This document shows, one piece after another, positions 1 through 7,635 of a stretch of 10,624 nt of DNA. This DNA is from Armatimonadota bacterium (lineage in GTDB: Bacteria > Armatimonadota > UBA10988). The stretch lies in assembly GCA_016235455.1 (NCBI GenBank), contig JACRKZ010000184.1, forward strand, positions 1 to 10,624, in the 5' to 3' direction. The translations under genes and the position numbers were made by a program. The notes beneath the pieces are model-generated. The model was not told the origin of the DNA and searched no databases. It was given only the letters and a program-made list of their open reading frames with translations. Numbering within the stretch: position 1 is the stretch's first letter; every line of letters starts with the position of its first letter.

Positions 1-1122
1 CCAGGTGCCAATGGCCAGACCGGCGATGTTGGTGCTCCAACAGATGAGGCCGGGATAGGCCACGCCTTCACCCAGGAAGCAGGTCGCGTTCCACAGGATG
101 TAGTAGCTCAGCAACAGGCCCACGCCCAGCGCAAAGGCCGTGCCGAGTGACTGCCCGCGCTGCGGTCGCACCGCCAGGCTGCCCCCGATGATCAGGAACA
201 CGATGCAACTGAACGACAGCGTCGACCGGCGGTGGATGTGGACCTTCACCCGGTTGAGTTCGCGCCGGGAGAAGTTCATCCGCTCCATCTCGGCCAGGCG
301 CCGGCGGATCTCGGAGTAGACGAAGTAGTCTGGCTTCTCGCTGGCCGCCACGGCGATCTGGTTGGGCGAGCTCTCGAAGACCAGGCCGTTGCCGAAACCG
401 CTCTCGCCGGCGGCCTGCCTTACGTCGGTCTCTTTCCAATAGGTGACCAGCTGCGGCCGGCCCTGCGGGTCGAGCCGCAGCGCGCAGGCGTCATGCAGCA
501 TCCAGGCCCGCTTCTTGGGCTCATACTGGGCCACCTTGGCGTAGATGACACCCTTGGGCAGTTGGTCCTTCTCCCAGAAGGTGATGGCCACCTGGTTCAT
601 GGTGCGGGTCGTCGGGAAGATCATCCCGGCGTCCAGGGTGATGCGCTTGGGGCTGTCGCTCTCGGTCAGGCGCAGGTGCACCTCGAACTGCTGGGCCGTG
701 GCCTGGTTCTGAAGCTGGAGCTTCTTGGTCCAGTACATCATCATGGTCTTCGGACCGGCGTATTCCTCGATCCAGTAGGCCACGGACGAAATGGCCAGGG
801 CGAAGCCCAACAGCGGTACCAACATGCGGCGATAGCTCATGCCGCCGACGACCATCGGCGTGTACTCGGTATCCTTGCAGATCCCGCCGACCGCCAGAAT
901 AACCGCCATGCCCACGGACATGGGCATGGTCCAGCCGATGGCCCACGGGATGCGCAGCAGCAGCAGGCCGATCACGCCATGCCAGGGCAGGCCGTAGCGC
1001 GCGATGAGCTTGGTCGCTTCGGTCAGCGCCTCAGTGCCGATGAACATCACAACGAAGACCGCCTGCGCGCCGATGAACGGCCACAGCACCTTGGTCAGGA
1101 TGTAGCGGTCGATGCGCTTCAA
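1..1122 (-). CDS. LptF/LptG (YjgP/YjgQ) family LPS export permease, 3'-truncated by the window edge
   Basis: Not in the ORF track. Manual translation from TTG at 1122 (TTGA overlap with the lptB stop) stays open for 374 codons to position 1: MKRIDRYILTKVLWPFIGAQAVFVVMFIG...LRIPWAIGWTMPMSVGMAVILAVGGICKDTEYTPMVVGGMSYRRMLVPLL...(soluble domain)...HRRSTLSFSCIVFLIIGGSL...LSYYILW...CWSTNIAGLAIGTW. The IDRYI start, 3 TM + periplasmic domain + 3 TM layout and position after lptB fit the family. F versus G cannot be distinguished. Confidence 0.9.
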   Translation of the reverse strand, partial: MKRIDRYILTKVLWPFIGAQAVFVVMFIGTEALTEATKLIARYGLPWHGVIGLLLLRIPWAIGWTMPMSVGMAVILAVGGICKDTEYTPMVVGGMSYRRMLVPLLGFALAISSVAYWIEEYAGPKTMMMYWTKKLQLQNQATAQQFEVHLRLTESDSPKRITLDAGMIFPTTRTMNQVAITFWEKDQLPKGVIYAKVAQYEPKKRAWMLHDACALRLDPQGRPQLVTYWKETDVRQAAGESGFGNGLVFESSPNQIAVAASEKPDYFVYSEIRRRLAEMERMNFSRRELNRVKVHIHRRSTLSFSCIVFLIIGGSLAVRPQRGQSLGTAFALGVGLLLSYYILWNATCFLGEGVAYPGLICWSTNIAGLAIGTW

Positions 1123-1928
1123 AGCACGAAATCCCGTCCCAGGTACTTCTCCAGCACCTCGGGGTCGACGGCGATCTCTTCGGATGGCCCGTGCCGGAAG
1201 ATGACGCCCTCGGACATGATGTAGGCCCGGTCGCAGAGCTTGAGGGTGGCGCTCGGGTTGTGGTCGGTCATCAGCACCCCGATGCCCAGGCGCGCTCGCA
1301 GCGACTGGATGATGTCGCGGATCTCGCTGACGTGCAGCGGGTCGACACCGGTGAACGGCTCGTCGAGTAGCAGGAAGGCGGGCATGGTGGCTAGCGAACG
1401 CGCGATCTCCGCGCGCCGCCGCTCGCCGCCGCTAAGCGTGCTGGCCATCTGCTTGCGACGGTCCTGGATGTGCAGCTCCTTGAGCAGCATCTCCAGCCGC
1501 TCGTAGCGCTGGTCGCGGCTCAACTCGGGCTGCAGTTCGAGGATGGCCAGCAGATTGTCCTCGACGCTCATGCGGCGAAAGATGCTGGTGTCCTGTGGCA
1601 GATAGCCAAGCCCGCGGCGCGCGCGGATGTGCATCGGCAGCCGGGTGATGTCCTCACCATCGAGCAGCACGCGGCCTTGGTTAGGCTTGACCAGCCCGAC
1701 CACCATGTAGAAGGTCGTGGTCTTGCCTGCGCCGTTCTGGCCGAGCAGCCCGACGATCTCGCCGGCCTTGACGGTGATGCTGACCTCGTTGACAACGGTC
1801 CGGCCGCGGTAGGCCTTGACCAGCCCGATGGTCTGCACATACCGCTGGTCGCCGACCACGGCCTCGACATCATGCGCGTGCGCGGTGGCCGCGCCGTTGC
1901 CGTGCTCCTCGCCTGCCACCATCGTCAT
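1119..1928 (-). CDS. lptB: LPS export ABC transporter ATP-binding protein LptB
   Basis: Walker A GQNGAGKTT followed by TFYMVVGL, Q-loop GYLPQDTSIF, LptB-type signature LSGGERRR, Walker B LLLDEPFTGVDP, TDHN switch, C-terminal YLGRDFVL. ATGA overlap with the upstream gene at 1925-1928. Confidence 0.95.
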   Translation of the reverse strand: MTMVAGEEHGNGAATAHAHDVEAVVGDQRYVQTIGLVKAYRGRTVVNEVSITVKAGEIVGLLGQNGAGKTTTFYMVVGLVKPNQGRVLLDGEDITRLPMHIRARRGLGYLPQDTSIFRRMSVEDNLLAILELQPELSRDQRYERLEMLLKELHIQDRRKQMASTLSGGERRRAEIARSLATMPAFLLLDEPFTGVDPLHVSEIRDIIQSLRARLGIGVLMTDHNPSATLKLCDRAYIMSEGVIFRHGPSEEIAVDPEVLEKYLGRDFVL

Positions 1929-2506
1929 TTCCCGCTCGGTGACTCGTCGCTCAAGGTGATCTGCAAGGTGCGGCGCGCGGTCAGCACGACCGTGGCCGTC
2001 TCGGCCTTGGTCAGCTTGTTCTCCGGCGTGGGGCGCTGCGTGTTGGTGATGGTCGAAACGACGGGCTGATCTGCGTTGTTGAGGACCAGCGTGGCGGCGG
2101 CGGCGTCGTAGGTCATCTTCTGGCAGTCGCCCACGACCTGCTGCGCGGTCGCGGCGGCGGCATCGTCGTTGGTCAGATCGTAGTGCACGTTGCCTTCAGC
2201 CAGCACAGTGGCCAGGGGGCCGGGCGTGAGCGCGTTGGGCTTGGCGTTCTTGGGCTTGGCCATGGTCACGGTCACCTTGTCGGCCGTGACGATGATGAGC
2301 TGCGCCTGGTCGCCCTGCATCTTGGCTTTGAGCACCACCTTGCCCACACAGACGAACGACCCAGGCCGGTACTGGCATTCATCGGCCTCGACGGTAGCGT
2401 CGACCAGTTGCACCTTGGCCCGCTCGGCGGTCTGCGCGCGCACCGGGCCACAGAGCAGACCGGCCGTGCCCAGCACAGCGGCCAACAGCCATCGTCGTCG
2501 GATCAA
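1925..2506 (-). CDS. Exported LptA/OstA-like beta-jellyroll protein
   Basis: Likely start is TTG at 2506, with AGGAG 7 nt upstream (the track's 2581 start overlaps eutN). Signal peptide MIRRRWLLAAVLGTAGLLCGPVRA. Beta-rich mature part with LptA-like segments (ITADKV-like VTADKV, AEGNVHY, MTYD...LVL). Lies directly upstream of lptB. Confidence 0.7.
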   Translation of the reverse strand: MIRRRWLLAAVLGTAGLLCGPVRAQTAERAKVQLVDATVEADECQYRPGSFVCVGKVVLKAKMQGDQAQLIIVTADKVTVTMAKPKNAKPNALTPGPLATVLAEGNVHYDLTNDDAAAATAQQVVGDCQKMTYDAAAATLVLNNADQPVVSTITNTQRPTPENKLTKAETATVVLTARRTLQITLSDESPSGK

Positions 2507-2535
2507 ACGGGTTCTCCTGGCAGGCAGAGCGAAGG

Positions 2536-2832
2536 TCAGTGCGCCTCGCTGTAGACGGTCTGGCCCTTGAGCTCGACGCAATCGACGATGGCGATGATCG
2601 CCGTGTCGACCGGCTTGTCCTTGGTCGAGTCGGTCAGGCGGGCGCTGGAACCGGCGACGGTCAACACCACCTCGCCATCCCCGGTACCGACCGTGTCGTA
2701 GGCGACGGTGTAGGTGCCCTTGGGGGTCATGGTCAGCGGATCGAGATCCTCGACCATGAGCAGCTTGCCGCCTACCAGCGACTCACTCTTCTGAGTGGCA
2801 ACCACCGTGCCCACTACCCGACCCAGTCGCAT
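2536..2832 (-). CDS. EutN/CcmL family bacterial microcompartment vertex (BMC-P pentamer) protein, 98 aa
   Basis: ATG at 2832 with a GGAGG ribosome-binding site upstream. MRLGRVVGTVVATQKSESLVGGKLLMV...VAYDTVGTGDGEVVLTVAGSSAR...PVDTAIIAIVD matches the EutN/CcmL pattern along its whole length. Confidence 0.93.
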   Translation of the reverse strand: MRLGRVVGTVVATQKSESLVGGKLLMVEDLDPLTMTPKGTYTVAYDTVGTGDGEVVLTVAGSSARLTDSTKDKPVDTAIIAIVDCVELKGQTVYSEAH

Positions 2833-2856
2833 CTTCGGCCCTCCGCGGTAACGGGC

Positions 2857-2886
2857 ATTGTACCCTTGCCAGGTCGGCACCGTCAA
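2857..2886 (-). promoter_or_regulatory. sigma70-type promoter for the eutN-lptA-lptB-lptF/G unit
   Basis: Minus strand reads TTGACG (2886-2881), 18 nt spacer, TACAAT (2862-2857), ending 24 nt upstream of the eutN ATG. Confidence 0.7.
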
Positions 2887-3123
2887 CGACGGCGGCGGCG
2901 ATCCCAGCAGGTGAAGAACGCATTGGCAGGAGATGAGCGGCAGGTGACGAAGTGACCGTCGGGCCGCCACCTCGGCCGTGGCATTTCGCGGGTACCCCGG
3001 ATCCGTCGCGGCGGCCCAACTCGGTCAATGGGGTTGGACGACACGCACGCGCCATCGGATCCACGCCATTTGGTGGAACGCGTGCCAGAGCGTGTTCGTT
3101 CATCGATTTCAGGTAGACAACCC

Positions 3124-4350
3124 ATGCGCATCCCGTACAGGCTCGCCCTCATTCTCGTCTGCTATGCCAGTGGAGCGGCCCTGGCCGTCGATCCCCCGAC
3201 CACGCCGCCAGCGCCCGCCGGGCTGCCCATGACCTGGCTCGACCACGGCATGCAGGCCGCCACCGGACTCTCGCGCCAGCTGCAGTGCCCGTTGAGTGAA
3301 GACAGGCCGGCCGAGCTCAAGGCCGTGCCCGACGGGCTGCTGGCACCGCGGTTCGGCGTCATCAAGGTCGGCCCGGACACCGACTCGCAGTCGTTCTTCG
3401 TCTGCCTCGACCAGCCCAAGGGGCAGCCGAGCCGGCTGTTCGTGGATCTGCGCGCCACGGGCGAGCTCACGCCAGTCAAGGAATGGGTCCGCGACGCCAA
3501 GTCCGACGCCTGCTCCGGCAGCTTCGTGATGCAGGCCAACATCTGCGGTGCCACGCGCGCCGCGCGGTTCACCTGCGCCACCGTCGATACCAAGGACGCC
3601 GGCATGGTCTGGGCCCGCAACAAGCTGCTGGTCGGCGTCGACTGCGGCTGGATTGGCGACCTCAAACTCGGTGCCAAGACCTTCCACGCGTGCATCCATG
3701 ACCTCAGCGGCCAACTCGCCTTCCACCATGCGGTACCCAAGCGCGGCACGACCCTGTTGGTCGATCTCAACAGCGACAAGCGCTTCGACCGCACCCAGGA
3801 GACCTTCGACCTCGGCGCGCCGTTCACCACCGGCGGCGCGTCCTGGCGCTTCTCGGCGGTGAACGCGCAAGGCGTGCCGGTCATCGAGCCGATCGACCTG
3901 ACCCGCCAGCGCATCGAGGTGGGCAAGCCGGCACCCGTGTTCAAGGTCTCGCTGATGGACGGCCGCGACCTGCAGTTCCCGCGCGACTTCGCGGGCAAGC
4001 TGGTCTTCTTCGACTTCTGGGCCATGTGGTGCCCGTACTGCGTCGACGAGTTCCCAGGGCTCATCCAGGCCCACAAGGAACTGGCCGACAAAGGTCTGGA
4101 GATCATCGGCGTCAACATCGACGGGCCGGACAAGGCCGACTCCATCAAGCGGGCCTGCGAACGCGCGGGGATCACCTGGGAGCAGGTGTATTCGGGTCTC
4201 GGCTGGGACTCGCCGTTGGCCATGCGGTTCGAGGTGAGCGAGATCCCCTACGGCGTGCTGCTTGATGGCACGACGGGCGTCGTCCTGGCGCTGGGCGTGC
4301 GCGCGGATGATCTGCGCGATGCAGTAGCCGCGGCCAAGCGCGGCAAGTAG
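3124..4350 (+). CDS. Exported TlpA/ResA-like thiol-disulfide oxidoreductase with a long N-terminal domain
   Basis: Probable ATG at 3124 (in frame with track ORF 3028..4350), giving signal peptide MRIPYRLALILVCYASGAALA. C-terminal redoxin domain: VGKPAPVF...GKLVFFDFWAMWCPYCVDEFPGL...GLEIIGVNID...FEVSEIPYGVLLD. Confidence 0.85.
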   Translation: MRIPYRLALILVCYASGAALAVDPPTTPPAPAGLPMTWLDHGMQAATGLSRQLQCPLSEDRPAELKAVPDGLLAPRFGVIKVGPDTDSQSFFVCLDQPKGQPSRLFVDLRATGELTPVKEWVRDAKSDACSGSFVMQANICGATRAARFTCATVDTKDAGMVWARNKLLVGVDCGWIGDLKLGAKTFHACIHDLSGQLAFHHAVPKRGTTLLVDLNSDKRFDRTQETFDLGAPFTTGGASWRFSAVNAQGVPVIEPIDLTRQRIEVGKPAPVFKVSLMDGRDLQFPRDFAGKLVFFDFWAMWCPYCVDEFPGLIQAHKELADKGLEIIGVNIDGPDKADSIKRACERAGITWEQVYSGLGWDSPLAMRFEVSEIPYGVLLDGTTGVVLALGVRADDLRDAVAAAKRGK

Positions 4351-4356
4351 CGGGCG

Positions 4357-4761
4357 TCAGGGCTGCTTGGTGAAGATGAGCCGGCGGCCCTGGTCCACCC
4401 ATTGCGGGCTATCGCTCAGCGTGGAGATGATGCGCAGGCCGCGGCCGCGTGGCTCCTCGCCGGCCGAGCTCAGGTCCTTGAGCGTGGCCACGACGTCGAA
4501 CCCCGGCCCGCTATCACTCACCGTGGCACGCAGCGCCTGCCGCTCGGCCTCCACGGCCACATGCACCAGGCGCGTGGCATCGAGGCCGTGCCCATGCACC
4601 ATGGCATTGGACACGGCCTCGTGAATGCACAGTTCGAAGTCGTCGGCCGCCTGTAGGGAGAAGCCGTGTTCGAGCGCCAGGGCTCGCACCTCGGCGCGCA
4701 GAGCGCCCAGGGTGTCGAGCCGGCTCGGCAACTCATAGTGACGGGCCTCGCCCGGCTTCAT
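4357..4761 (-). CDS. RsbW/SpoIIAB-like anti-sigma factor / Ser kinase (HATPase_c-type ATP-binding protein)
   Basis: N-box ELCIHEAVSNAMVHG, G1 box VSDSGPGFD, G2 box PRGRGLRII; 134 aa standalone domain. ATGA overlap with the RNase stop at 4758-4761. Confidence 0.85.
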   Translation of the reverse strand: MKPGEARHYELPSRLDTLGALRAEVRALALEHGFSLQAADDFELCIHEAVSNAMVHGHGLDATRLVHVAVEAERQALRATVSDSGPGFDVVATLKDLSSAGEEPRGRGLRIISTLSDSPQWVDQGRRLIFTKQP

Positions 4762-6446
4762 TTCGTGCGCTTCCCCGGCTGGACGAACTCGGCGAACGCC
4801 AGCGACCGGTGCACCTCGGTGACCACGATCTGCGCGCCGCGCTGCTGCACGCGAGCCGCGTCGGGCAGACCGATCATCATGCCGTCGATGATGGCGACCA
4901 TCTGGTTGGTTTCCGACTCGGAGCAGTCGCGAGGCAGGATCTTGATGACCTCTTCACGCTGCACCCAACCGATTTTGGCCTCGGTCTCGTCGATCCGTCC
5001 ACCCGAAATGTAGATCTGGTCCCGCTCACCAGAGTGAACGCGGATGTAGACCGGCGAGTTCAGTCGCTGCTCCAGGCCATGCGCCGTCTCGCCGCCCGGC
5101 CCGATCAGCAGGTCGGCCACGTCGCCGTGGCACTCGATCAGGTAGGCCTCGTGCGGCCGCTGGAAGGCCAGTTCGCGGATCTGGTTCTCGGCCTGGATGG
5201 CCATGGTGATCGGTGTGAGGATGTGGCCGCGGCCACGGCAGCTCGGGCAGACCTCGGAGATCTCGTGCGCCAGGCTCTCGCCAGTGCGCTGCCGGGTGAT
5301 CTCGACCAGGGCCAGCGGGCTGATGTGGACGATCTTGGTGCGGGCGCGGTCGCGCTCCAGGGCGCGCTCGAGCTCGGCGTAGACCTTGATGCGATCGCGC
5401 GTGCGGTCCATGTCGATGAAGTCGACGATGATGATGCCGCCGATGTCGCGCAGGCGCAACTGGCGGGCGATCTCCTGCGCGGCCTCGACGTTGGTCGTCA
5501 AGATCGTGTCCGACAGGCCCTTGGTGCCCACGAAGCGGCCGGTGTTGACGTCGACCACGGTCAACGCCTCGGTCTCGTCGATGGTCAAGTTGCCGCCGCT
5601 GCGCAGCATGACGCTGCGCTGCAGGGCATTCTCGATCTCGCGTTCGATGCCATGCACCAGGAACAGCGGCTCCGGGCTCTCGTGCCGAACGACGCGGTTC
5701 ACCAGGCTGGGGTCGAGCCGGCCCATGATCTCCTGGATGTACTCGTAGTCTTCCAGGCTATCGACGACCAGCTGATCGACTTCGGCGGTGAAGTAGTCGC
5801 GGCAGACGCGGTACACCATGGAGAAGTCCTGGTGCAGCAGCGCCGGCGCCTTGGTGGTCTTGGCCTTGACGAAGATCTCGTCCCATAGCTCGATCAGATA
5901 CTCGATGTCCTGCTTGATCTCGGCTTCGGTGGCACCCTCGGCCTCGGTGCGCATGATCAGCGCGCGGTCCTCGGGCTGGTACTTCTCGCCGAGCTCGCGC
6001 AGGCGGTTGCGCTCCGAGCTCTCGGGGATGCGCCGGGAGACGCCGATGTGCTTGCTTTCGGGGCCGATCATGACCACGAACCGGCCCGGCAGGCTGAGGC
6101 GCATGGTTGAACGCGGGCCCTTGCTGCCCACGGCGGCGCGCTCCACCTGCAGCACAACTTCCTGGCCACGCTTGACCAGGTCGCCGATCGACCGCGGCTT
6201 GTTGCGCTCCTTGGCCGACTCGCCGGGGAAGACGATGTTGTCCACGTAGAGGAACGCGTTCTTGGCCAGGCCGATATCGACGAACGCCGCGTCCATGCCG
6301 GGCAGCACGTTCTCCACGCGACCCTTGTAGACGTTGCCGATGACCTTCGAGCCGCGCTCGGCGTAGAAGTCCTGTAGGGCGCCGTCCTCGATGAGGGCCA
6401 TGCGCTTCTCGAAGATGCCACTGCTGATGAGGATTTGCCGCGACAT
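4758..6446 (-). CDS. rng: Rne/Rng family ribonuclease (RNase G-like, 562 aa)
   Basis: Likely ATG at 6446, 1 nt after the larC stop (MSRQILISS). S1 domain GNVYKGRVENVLPGMDAAFVDIG, KGPR, SLPGRFVV, RT sensor (MRTEAEG), TEALTVVDVNTG, RQLRLRDIGGIIIVDFIDM, Zn-link CPSCRGRG. No long disordered RNase E scaffold. Confidence 0.93.
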   Translation of the reverse strand: MSRQILISSGIFEKRMALIEDGALQDFYAERGSKVIGNVYKGRVENVLPGMDAAFVDIGLAKNAFLYVDNIVFPGESAKERNKPRSIGDLVKRGQEVVLQVERAAVGSKGPRSTMRLSLPGRFVVMIGPESKHIGVSRRIPESSERNRLRELGEKYQPEDRALIMRTEAEGATEAEIKQDIEYLIELWDEIFVKAKTTKAPALLHQDFSMVYRVCRDYFTAEVDQLVVDSLEDYEYIQEIMGRLDPSLVNRVVRHESPEPLFLVHGIEREIENALQRSVMLRSGGNLTIDETEALTVVDVNTGRFVGTKGLSDTILTTNVEAAQEIARQLRLRDIGGIIIVDFIDMDRTRDRIKVYAELERALERDRARTKIVHISPLALVEITRQRTGESLAHEISEVCPSCRGRGHILTPITMAIQAENQIRELAFQRPHEAYLIECHGDVADLLIGPGGETAHGLEQRLNSPVYIRVHSGERDQIYISGGRIDETEAKIGWVQREEVIKILPRDCSESETNQMVAIIDGMMIGLPDAARVQQRGAQIVVTEVHRSLAFAEFVQPGKRTK

Positions 6447-6447
6447 A

Positions 6448-7635
6448 TCAGTCGTCGCCTTTCCGCGCGCCGGCATCGAGAGCGGCCCGCGCGTGCTGCT
6501 GAGCGGACGCATACACGTCCTTCAGCGGCACGCCGGCGGTCTCGGCACACTGGCGGCAAGTATCGTATTCCGGCGCCAGATTCAGCACTTGCGTGCCGCG
6601 GCGCCCAACCTTGACCTTCACCAGGCCGTAAGGCGTGGTGACCTCCACCCATTCGCGCGCCAGGCAGCGTCGCTCGGCGCGGTAGAACCGAACGCCCAGC
6701 GTTGTCGTCTCGCTGACCACCGTGTCGATCACCGCGTCCAGCCGCGCGGGATCGCAGATGGCCCGCAGCAACAGCGCGGGTCGGTTCTTCTTCATCTGAA
6801 TCGGCGACAGCGAGACGTCCACGGCGCCGGCTGCCTGAATGCGTTCGGTCGCAAGTTCCCACCACTCGGGGTTCATGTCGTCGATGTTGGCTTCCACCAC
6901 GACGACCTCGCTGCTCTGCCCCGCGGTCTCACCCAGCGTGAGCCGCAGCACATTGGGGATGCCGTAGTCTTTGGTGCCCGCGCCGTAGCCCGTGCGCTCG
7001 GCGGTCATGGGCGGCATGGACCAGGTCTGCGCCAGCGTGGTCAAGATGGCCGCGCCGGTCGGCGTCAGGGTCTCGCCCTCGACATCCAGCTCACGCGTCG
7101 GCACGCCCTTGAGCAGCTCCTGCGTGGCCCACGACGGCACCGGCACGCGGCCGTGCGCGCAGTCCACCCAGCCGTGCGAGACCGGCAGCGGCGTGCAGCC
7201 GACCAGTTCCACGCCCAGCGCGTGCAAGCCCAGGCAGCCGCCGACCACGTCGACGATGGCATCCACGGCGCCGACTTCGTGGAAGTGGATGCGCTCGACG
7301 GTGGTGCCATGCACCTTGGCCTCGGCCTCGGCCAGTCGCGCAAAGACGCGTTTGGCGGCGTCACGCACCGGCTCGGGCAACGTGCTCTCGTCGAGAATGG
7401 CGACGATGTGCCGCAGATGCCGCGCCGGCTGCTTCTCCTCGGTCAGCGTCACTTTGACCTTCGTGGCGCGCACGCCGCGGCGCATGACCGGCTCGCAGGC
7501 CAGCTCGTACCCGCCGACGGCCAACCCGGCCAACTGCTCGCGCAGCGTCTCAAAGGGCAGCCCGGCATCCACCAGGGCGCTGAGAATCATGTCGCCACTG
7601 GCACCGGCGGAGGCGTCGAACCAGGCGATCTTCAT
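6448..7635 (-). CDS. larC: Nickel-pincer nucleotide cofactor nickel insertase LarC
   Basis: Motifs GASGDM, AEAKVHG, IHFHEVGAVDAIVD, AHGRVPVP, TPTGAA, GYGAG, EANIDDMNPE, IQMKKNRP, ETTTLGVR, PEYD in one continuous ORF. ATGA overlap with larB. Confidence 0.95.
   Translation of the reverse strand: MKIAWFDASAGASGDMILSALVDAGLPFETLREQLAGLAVGGYELACEPVMRRGVRATKVKVTLTEEKQPARHLRHIVAILDESTLPEPVRDAAKRVFARLAEAEAKVHGTTVERIHFHEVGAVDAIVDVVGGCLGLHALGVELVGCTPLPVSHGWVDCAHGRVPVPSWATQELLKGVPTRELDVEGETLTPTGAAILTTLAQTWSMPPMTAERTGYGAGTKDYGIPNVLRLTLGETAGQSSEVVVVEANIDDMNPEWWELATERIQAAGAVDVSLSPIQMKKNRPALLLRAICDPARLDAVIDTVVSETTTLGVRFYRAERRCLAREWVEVTTPYGLVKVKVGRRGTQVLNLAPEYDTCRQCAETAGVPLKDVYASAQQHARAALDAGARKGDD

Noticed and set aside
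232-1224. 330-aa plus-strand ORF
   Set aside because: Antisense shadow of the LptF/G gene, expected from GC-rich codon bias; no recognisable motifs.
2833-2970. 46-aa N-terminal extension of EutN in the track ORF
   Set aside because: It spans the promoter and RBS; the family N-terminus starts at ATG 2832.
3072-3088. sigma54-like TGGCAC on the minus strand
   Set aside because: No TTGC at the -12 position (reads CCAC).
3109-4223. Two long minus-strand ORFs (321 and 353 aa)
   Set aside because: Antisense to the TlpA-like gene; no family signal.
6447-6512. Upstream start for the RNase at 6512
   Set aside because: Overlaps the larC 3' end; ATG 6446 matches the family N-terminus and operon spacing.
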